Positions 56,528 to 64,000 of a DNA stretch of 64,000 nucleotides are shown here, piece after piece. Every line of letters begins with the position of its first letter. Within the stretch, counting starts at the first letter, position 1. Source of the DNA: an uncultured Gammaproteobacteria bacterium (GTDB taxonomy: Bacteria > Pseudomonadota > Gammaproteobacteria > Eutrophobiales > Eutrophobiaceae). The notes below the pieces were generated by a model. The model was not told where the DNA came from. It saw nothing but the letters and a program-made list of their open reading frames with translations, and made no database searches. The translations under genes and the position numbers were made by a program. Location of the stretch: positions 2,588-66,587 of the forward strand of contig CALSRS010000003.1 of NCBI GenBank assembly GCA_943788815.1, given 5' to 3'.

Positions 56528-57949
56528 TTGAATCTATATTCGACAATTTCTATAAGAAATAAAATAGTTCTACTATTTGTATTTTATATTGTTTTAATTG
56601 CCCCATTGTTTTTGTCAGCGCCATATTTCCTTTTAATTGATTACGCGATATGGAATCAGGATTATGAGAAATTATTAAGCTGTATCGAAATTAATATGAG
56701 GCCTTGCGGTGATGTTAGTAAGTTTCCAGCTGCATATCTCATTAATTCTTATTTCTTGAACTTGTTCAAGAATTTTAGTGTTTCGCATGAAATAACTTTA
56801 TTTTTATTGAACAGTTTTTTTCTGAGTTTACCCCTTGTTTTTTTTCTTATGGTTAGAGGTTTGCAGTTTTCCATAATTGCCGGAATTATATATACATGTT
56901 CAGTATTACTGTCTGCTGTTCCTTCCTATTATTTGTATTCAGGAGGTATCGAAATTCAGTCTGGTGTTATGACAGGATTGTTTCTTTCTTCATTTTTACT
57001 ATCTTATGGTGCGACTACGAAGCTTAATAAGACTAGCCTTACGCTATTTCTTATTGTGACAGCGATTTTATTTCCATTGTATAAAGATACAAATCTTATG
57101 GTAATCATAATCACTATCATCTTAAGTAAAGTTATCTATCAATTTATATCAGAAAAACAAGATAAGAAAATTGAAAATATAAACCATTATTTTAAGGGCA
57201 ACTTATTTAGAATATTTGCAATTTTGCTTGTGCCTTTTTCAATAATGTGCAGTTATAACTATTTTAAATATGAATCAATACTCCCAGTTGCTTATTTGCA
57301 AGAAGCTGATTTTGCGTCACCTGCAATCTTAAAGAGTGTTGAATTTTTATTTGCATCAATTTACTCTCCAAATGGTGGTGTTTTAATTTTCTGGTTTGTT
57401 TCTTTTTTTGTTGCCTTGTCTCTTATTCATTATTTGGGAATGAGAATCTCCAGACTGGCGATAATTTGTTGTCTGATTCTCGTAATTAGTTCAGCTGTTG
57501 GCTTTTCTCTATGGTGGGCTCCGTTTGGCTGGGATTCATGGGGAAATCGCATGATGATTCCATCCGTACTTGCATCATTAATAATACTTACTAGTACACT
57601 TACAGTAAGAACGAAGCAAATTTATTCAGGTAAGGATGCGTTGAAATATATTATTTCAGAAAATAGCAGAGTTAAAAATATTGCAGTTTTTGGTGGTACT
57701 TTTATCATATTATATTTGTCTATAAAATTTACGCTGCTGCCCTACTTTCACGACAAGTCAATATTACTAAGAAACGCCATGTATCCTGGTGATGCTTGTC
57801 AAACCATGCTTGAAGTAGCAATTAACATCATTAATGAAACTGGAAATTTGGAATTGTATCCTTCTGGTTATTGGAGGAGTAATTATTATTATGAATGTGC
57901 CAGAGAAAGGTTTTTGCATTCTCCGAGCTCGTATGGTTTAACTAATTAG
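56528..57949 (+). CDS. polytopic membrane protein (family unknown, possibly GT-C-like)
   Basis: It has a TTG start, more than 10 predicted hydrophobic helices and very AT-rich coding sequence. Confidence 0.4.
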   Translation: MNLYSTISIRNKIVLLFVFYIVLIAPLFLSAPYFLLIDYAIWNQDYEKLLSCIEINMRPCGDVSKFPAAYLINSYFLNLFKNFSVSHEITLFLLNSFFLSLPLVFFLMVRGLQFSIIAGIIYTCSVLLSAVPSYYLYSGGIEIQSGVMTGLFLSSFLLSYGATTKLNKTSLTLFLIVTAILFPLYKDTNLMVIIITIILSKVIYQFISEKQDKKIENINHYFKGNLFRIFAILLVPFSIMCSYNYFKYESILPVAYLQEADFASPAILKSVEFLFASIYSPNGGVLIFWFVSFFVALSLIHYLGMRISRLAIICCLILVISSAVGFSLWWAPFGWDSWGNRMMIPSVLASLIILTSTLTVRTKQIYSGKDALKYIISENSRVKNIAVFGGTFIILYLSIKFTLLPYFHDKSILLRNAMYPGDACQTMLEVAINIINETGNLELYPSGYWRSNYYYECARERFLHSPSSYGLTN

Positions 57950-58041
57950 CACCAGACAGATGATTGGATATATCACTTGGTAAGCACGAGTATCTTTCGG
58001 TGTGAAATATCAAACAGTTCTACTTTAGGCTGGAAATCGTT

Positions 58042-59637
58042 TTATGATGATTGATTCTTTTTTAATAATATAGAAATATATTCATTGTCGACTGTCGATT
58101 TATTTGTCCAGACGACATCAGTCCAGCCTTCAAAATATCTAAGATAAATATTCCCATTAATATCTTCTCGTGTTCTTTTGGGGATAATTCGGCTAATAAA
58201 TACGTAATCAAATTTTGATTCTTTCAGTTTCTCTATATATTCGTCATCATTAATGGGCGTGATGAATTTCATCGAGGGTCGGTTCGCTAGAGCGCTTATA
58301 TAGCTAGGCTCAAAAAATAGTATTACATCATTCTCTTGGGTTAAAGATTTTAAATTGCTTATATCATTCATTATTTTCAGTTGAATCTCAGCATTGAGAG
58401 TTGCCTTGCTGATGTCCGGTTCTCGGTAATATTCTGTAACATGATTTATGCCCGTCATTACGCCAGATTGAAATCTATGAAAAGTAAACCCTGTTGTCGG
58501 CAATATGATTATTAGGCAAATAATTAATGAGAGAGAATTAGATACATATAATTTGTCAGGGGCATATGCGCGGGTTAGGGCGCTAATGCTGTATAGAAAA
58601 TAGATTATTAGAAAAGGTAGTATTGGGTAGAGAAATCTAGAAGATTGTCCAGGATATGGCCATAACATGATAAAAATAATATAAAATAGCGTGTAGTACG
58701 CATCAATTTTCTTTTCTTTTATTCTCAAACTCATACCGATAATGGCGAGCGCCCCCACCAGATTTACCAGAACGTGTCTAAGTGATAAATCTTCAAACCA
58801 GTATATTAGCCATGCTCTCTTCCATGCGTCATGAATTGAAGTCACTTGCTGTTTAAAATATTCAATAGGAAGAATTTGATTGTTAATTATTAATGAGTAT
58901 ATTTCAGAGGTCTGGTTTTTATATTGTTCAGGAATAAATTGAAAAGTCAGGATTTCTAAGATAATTGCTAGCATGATAATCAGAGCTATAAATATATTTT
59001 TCCTCTTTTTTGTTATTGAAAGCCTGCCTGAAAATTCACGAGCAAAAATAAAACTTATTAAGACAAGAATAATAATGCCGATTGTTTTCGTTAGAAAGGC
59101 AAAAATCGAAAATAACAAACTCAAATATATATATTTCTGTTTGCCAGTTTGTCTCCATAGTTCAAATAAAAAAAATATCAATATTGATAGTGCAATATAA
59201 AGATTTTCACTCAGGATACCTATGCTGTTAATCCAGGTAGATGGTAAGAGAGAAAATATAAATAAAATGAGTATTGATGATGTCTTGTCGTATTTTATGA
59301 GTACCAAATATTGAGAAAGTAGTATGAGTGCAAAAATTAAAAATGAACTTGATAGGAAATGGGCATACATTAAGTTATGAGTTGCATCTGTGATCCCTAA
59401 AATCATGGGGAAAAATTTGGGGTAGTCTTGATATGTCAGAATAGAATTTATGACATCACTAGTTTGAGTCCAGGGAGAAAAGTATTGTCCAAGCAATATA
59501 TAATTAACACTATCGCTTGCCAAAGATGAAATCCAAGGGGAAACAGTAAATGTAAAGAACAGGTAGCTATAAATTATTAAGTAAATAGCAAGTGTATATA
59601 AATATAAACCTGATAAAGGGGGTGCTAGTGCCATCAA
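58042..59637 (-). CDS. polytopic membrane protein with a C-terminal soluble domain (ArnT/PMT-type GT-C-like)
   Basis: About 12 hydrophobic helices are followed by a hydrophilic tail of about 130 aa, and the first loop carries acidic residues. The coding sequence is very AT-rich. The family call is tentative. Confidence 0.4.
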   Translation of the reverse strand: MMALAPPLSGLYLYTLAIYLIIYSYLFFTFTVSPWISSLASDSVNYILLGQYFSPWTQTSDVINSILTYQDYPKFFPMILGITDATHNLMYAHFLSSSFLIFALILLSQYLVLIKYDKTSSILILFIFSLLPSTWINSIGILSENLYIALSILIFFLFELWRQTGKQKYIYLSLLFSIFAFLTKTIGIIILVLISFIFAREFSGRLSITKKRKNIFIALIIMLAIILEILTFQFIPEQYKNQTSEIYSLIINNQILPIEYFKQQVTSIHDAWKRAWLIYWFEDLSLRHVLVNLVGALAIIGMSLRIKEKKIDAYYTLFYIIFIMLWPYPGQSSRFLYPILPFLIIYFLYSISALTRAYAPDKLYVSNSLSLIICLIIILPTTGFTFHRFQSGVMTGINHVTEYYREPDISKATLNAEIQLKIMNDISNLKSLTQENDVILFFEPSYISALANRPSMKFITPINDDEYIEKLKESKFDYVFISRIIPKRTREDINGNIYLRYFEGWTDVVWTNKSTVDNEYISILLKKNQSS

Positions 59638-59851
59638 AAATTTAATGTTACCCAGGTTAGATTGAGGCTGATATATTTAATTTAAAATATTAAATTAACG
59701 TCAATGTCTGGTCAAATTCAACAACCATTAAATCAAGTGAAAAAATACGGATTTGGTATTCGTTCTATGGCAACTTGTTTCAGAATGTAATCTTTATTTC
59801 TGTGACATATGTTTTATAAGGTTATTCATACTCGAACAGTTAATAAAATGA

Positions 59852-59938
59852 TGGTGCCGGGAAAGGGAATCGAACCCCCACTCAGTTGCCTGAACCGGAT
59901 TTTGAATCCGGCGCGTCTACCAGTTCCGCCACCCCGGC
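59852..59938 (-). tRNA. tRNA-Leu (anticodon CAA)
   Basis: The minus strand reads GCCGGGGTGGCGGAACTGGTAGACGCGCCGGATTCAAAATCCGG...GGTTCGATTCCC...CCCGGCACCA. It has a 7-bp acceptor stem, a CAA anticodon in a 7-nt loop, a long variable arm, a T-loop GGTTCGATTCC and an encoded CCA. Confidence 0.9.
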
Positions 59939-60035
59939 TATATTATTGGATGAAAGTTTGCCAAGTATATGAAATGTTGGGAAGGTATTAAACCTTTATC
60001 CTTACCCTTGTTGCATAATCTGATAATATTTTCTC

Positions 60036-61055
60036 ATGAAGCGCAGTGATTTTTTCTATGAATTACCTCAGGAACTGATAGCCCAGTATCCTCTGCAGCA
60101 ACGTGAAGATAGTCGTTTACTGTGTCTGTCACGGGAAAACTGCGAAATGATGGACAGGAGGTTTCACGATTTTCCCTCACTATTACAGCCTGGTGACTTG
60201 GTGGTATTTAACGACAGCAAGGTAATACCTGCCAGACTATTCGGTCAGAAGGACACAGGTGGCAAAGTGGAGATCCTGATTGAACGTATAATTGATAACA
60301 AAAATGTATTAGCTCAAGTGAAAGCGAGTAAGTCACTTAGGACAAAAGCAAGAATATGCCTGGAAGATGACCATGTTCTATTTGTGGTGGGCCGCCAAGA
60401 TGAGTTTTATCAATTACAAATTGAAAGTGATAGCGAGATATTTTCACTTTTGGAAAATTTTGGTCATATCCCGCTGCCCCCCTACATCAAACGTGATGAC
60501 CTAAATGAAGATAAAGACCGCTATCAAACGGTGTATGCAAAAACCCTAGGAGCGGTAGCTGCGCCTACGGCGGGCCTGCATTTTTCTCGTGAGATCATTC
60601 AACAATTGAGTGACAACAATATTCAAACTGCTTATGTGACCTTACATGTGGGTGCTGGAACCTTTCAGCCAGTCAGGTGCGATGAGATTAAAGATCATAA
60701 GATGCATAAGGAATGGTATTCGGTCAGCGAGGAGTTATGTAATCAGATCGAAGCTACCAGACAGCGAGGAGGCAGGGTGATTGCCGTTGGGACGACCGTG
60801 GTTAGGACTCTGGAATCGGCCATAAATAATGGTAAGTTGAACCCGACATCCGGTGATACTGATATTTTTATCTATCCAGGGTATGAATTTAAATTGATTG
60901 ATGGTTTGATTACGAATTTTCATTTACCAGAATCCACCCTGCTAATGTTAATCAGTGCATTTGCGAGTAAGGAGTTAATAATGAATGCTTATCAACATGC
61001 CATTTCTGAAAAATATCGCTTTTTTAGTTACGGGGATGCGATGTTAATACTTTGA
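60036..61055 (+). CDS. queA: S-adenosylmethionine:tRNA ribosyltransferase-isomerase
   Basis: It shows MKRSDFFYELPQELIAQYP, PLPPYI and GTT..R.LE. Length is 339 aa. Confidence 0.95.
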   Translation: MKRSDFFYELPQELIAQYPLQQREDSRLLCLSRENCEMMDRRFHDFPSLLQPGDLVVFNDSKVIPARLFGQKDTGGKVEILIERIIDNKNVLAQVKASKSLRTKARICLEDDHVLFVVGRQDEFYQLQIESDSEIFSLLENFGHIPLPPYIKRDDLNEDKDRYQTVYAKTLGAVAAPTAGLHFSREIIQQLSDNNIQTAYVTLHVGAGTFQPVRCDEIKDHKMHKEWYSVSEELCNQIEATRQRGGRVIAVGTTVVRTLESAINNGKLNPTSGDTDIFIYPGYEFKLIDGLITNFHLPESTLLMLISAFASKELIMNAYQHAISEKYRFFSYGDAMLIL

Positions 61056-61210
61056 GGGGTGAGTAGTACTTTAGATAAGAATAGACAGGATTAACAAGAT
61101 TTACAGAAGTTTTAAATTTAATCATTATTAATCAAAGTGGTAATTGAAAATTAAATAGTTGTATTTTTAAATCTTGTATATCAGACCCATCGAAAATTTA
61201 TTAGGAGTAG

Positions 61211-62329
<1,119 letters not shown>

Positions 62330-62497
62330 TGTTCTCTACGAGCAAACACCCCATGTGATAAGGCAGGTCAAGTGAGGTGAAATCTAGGATGTATATCAAA
62401 AAAAGCTAATTTTAGGTTGGATTGGGCTTAAAAATAGGCACAAAAACATGAGTCTATGGCATAATGCCGGGTTTTGAAGACGAGAAGAAGGTTCTGA

Positions 62498-62827
62498 ATG
62501 GTCGATTTTCTAATAAGTAGTGCCCACGCTCAGGCTGCAGCCCCCGAACAGGGTAGCGGATCCTTTTTAATTATGATGGTCGTCTTTTTCGTAATTTTTT
62601 ACTTTATGCTTATGCGTCCGCAAATGAAGCAGGCCAAGGAGCATAAAAAATTAATTGAAAATTTAAGCAAGGGCGATGAAGTTGTGACCGGTGGTGGTTT
62701 GCTGGGAAAGATCACTCAAGTAGGTGATAGTTTTATCGTTCTTGAAATTGCCTCGCAGACAGAAGTGAAAGTGCAGAAAAATGCTGTTACTTCATTGCTG
62801 CCTAAAGGAACAATAAAAGAAATATAA
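62498..62827 (+). CDS. yajC: preprotein translocase subunit YajC
   Basis: It has a single transmembrane helix, the motifs MRPQ.K and GDEV.T.GG..GKI. The conserved tgt-yajC-secD order is present. Confidence 0.9.
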   Translation: MVDFLISSAHAQAAAPEQGSGSFLIMMVVFFVIFYFMLMRPQMKQAKEHKKLIENLSKGDEVVTGGGLLGKITQVGDSFIVLEIASQTEVKVQKNAVTSLLPKGTIKEI

Positions 62828-62854
62828 TGTTGTAGTGTAAAGGATTGGCTTGAA

Positions 62855-64000
62855 ATGAATCGTTACCCACTCTGGAAATATATATTAATCTCGATAGTCA
62901 CGGTACTTTCCGTGCTGTACGCATTACCAAATCTTTATGGTAAAGATCCTGCTGTGCAGATTTCATCTTCACGGGGACAAGTAACTGAGCTCACTCTGTT
63001 TGAGGTTGAAGCTGCACTGGATGACGAAGGTATTGAGTTTGATGCCATTGAATATGGACTGAATACGATGATCCTTCGATTCAGTGATGAGGAAATCCAG
63101 TTAAGAGCAAGGGATGCGATACGTGCTGCCTTAAATAATAGCTACTCGGTTGCCTTGAATCTGGCACCGGCCACACCAGACTGGTTGGCCATGTTGGGAG
63201 CAGAGCCTATGTTTCTTGGTCTTGATCTTCGGGGAGGCGTTAATTTTCTCCTGGAAGTTGATATGGACGCTGCAATTACCAAGGCTGAAGAACGATATGT
63301 TTCTGATCTCAGGACCTTATTACGAGATGAAGGGATACGCTACAGGACTATCAATCGTGATGATGATGGTGGCGTTTTGATTCGTTTCAGGGATGCAGAG
63401 TCACGTTCTCAAGCCATTCCAATTATAGAAACTAATTACCTGGAACTTACCGTTTCTGAGATTAATGAAGGCTCGGGTGATTTTGCTGCAATGGTATTGA
63501 TTAGCGATGGAGCAATCAGTGAAACCAGGATAAATGCGCTGCAACAGAACATAGTCACCTTGAGAAAACGTGTGAATGAACTAGGCGTCGCAGAACCAGT
63601 TATTCAGCAACAGGGACAAGAAAGGATAGTAGTGCAGCTTCCAGGCGTTCAAGATACAGCGCGAGCCAAAGAAATTCTGGGGGCAACGGCCACACTGGAA
63701 TTTCGTATGGTTGACATGGAAAATGATGTGCAATCTGCTATTGACGGTCGGGTTCCACCCAGTTCAAGACTTTATTACTCACGTGACGGAATTCCGTTAT
63801 TAATAAAGAGACAATTAATGTTAACCGGGGACTACATTATAGGAGCAGCTTCAGGTATCGATGCCTTATCTGGTGGACCTAATGTATCTATCACCCTGGA
63901 CGGTCGCGGGGAGCGTATGTTTCGCCAGGCAACGGCGGATGAAGTTGGCAAAAACATGGCCATTATTTTTATCGAAAACAAGACAGAAACAGTTGAAGAG
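62855..64000 (+). CDS. secD: protein translocase subunit SecD (3-prime end outside the window)
   Basis: It starts at ATG 62855 with MNRYPLWKYILI...LYALPNLYG and is open to the window end (382 codons). It is not in the ORF track because it runs off the edge. Confidence 0.9.
   Translation, partial: MNRYPLWKYILISIVTVLSVLYALPNLYGKDPAVQISSSRGQVTELTLFEVEAALDDEGIEFDAIEYGLNTMILRFSDEEIQLRARDAIRAALNNSYSVALNLAPATPDWLAMLGAEPMFLGLDLRGGVNFLLEVDMDAAITKAEERYVSDLRTLLRDEGIRYRTINRDDDGGVLIRFRDAESRSQAIPIIETNYLELTVSEINEGSGDFAAMVLISDGAISETRINALQQNIVTLRKRVNELGVAEPVIQQQGQERIVVQLPGVQDTARAKEILGATATLEFRMVDMENDVQSAIDGRVPPSSRLYYSRDGIPLLIKRQLMLTGDYIIGAASGIDALSGGPNVSITLDGRGERMFRQATADEVGKNMAIIFIENKTETVEE

Overview
The window looks like a chromosomal segment of an aquatic or marine Gammaproteobacterium, and by eye it is moderately AT-rich. 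I infer this from the conserved housekeeping blocks at both ends. The left end carries pcnB-folK-dNK-panB-panC. The right end carries tRNA-Leu, then queA-tgt-yajC-secD.

Between these blocks, from left to right:
1. An aerobic benzoyl-CoA (box) catabolic cluster: boxC-boxB, a benzoate-CoA ligase, a MaoC-like hydratase, and a divergent BoxR/BzdR-type regulator. No boxA is present in the window.
2. Envelope genes: an M48 protease, a glycine-zipper lipoprotein, and two tandem DcaP-like coiled-coil porins.
3. A DNA-damage-tolerance neighbourhood: dinB, a decayed second copy of the dinB 3-prime end, and an SRAP/YedK gene.
4. Alanine dehydrogenase.
5. A visibly AT-richer accessory island of about 19 kb (about 26.1-44.9 kb). 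It holds GT4 and GT2 glycosyltransferases, a sulfotransferase and an epimerase. It also holds a tightly packed operon with an amidohydrolase, an HprK-like kinase, two B12-binding radical SAM enzymes, two SAM methyltransferases and a SPASM/twitch radical SAM enzyme. An MtrA/MtrB-type decaheme porin-cytochrome pair sits inside a second glycosyltransferase operon.
6. A DUF1592/DUF1552/ankyrin/small-secreted-protein operon.
7. An AI-2E transporter, a GLYK-like kinase and a Tat-signal amidase.
8. A divergent DUF692 gene with a partner gene, followed by two very AT-rich polytopic membrane proteins that abut tRNA-Leu.

I saw no rRNA, CRISPR array, transposase or integrase. The most interesting candidates:
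- the radical-SAM/methyltransferase/HprK-like cassette, which has no recognisable peptide precursor;
- the porin-cytochrome module embedded among glycan genes;
- the orphan DUF692 pair;
- three 10-nt G/C homopolymer tracts, one of them inside the epimerase CDS.

All family assignments come from motif recognition by eye. No database search was run.
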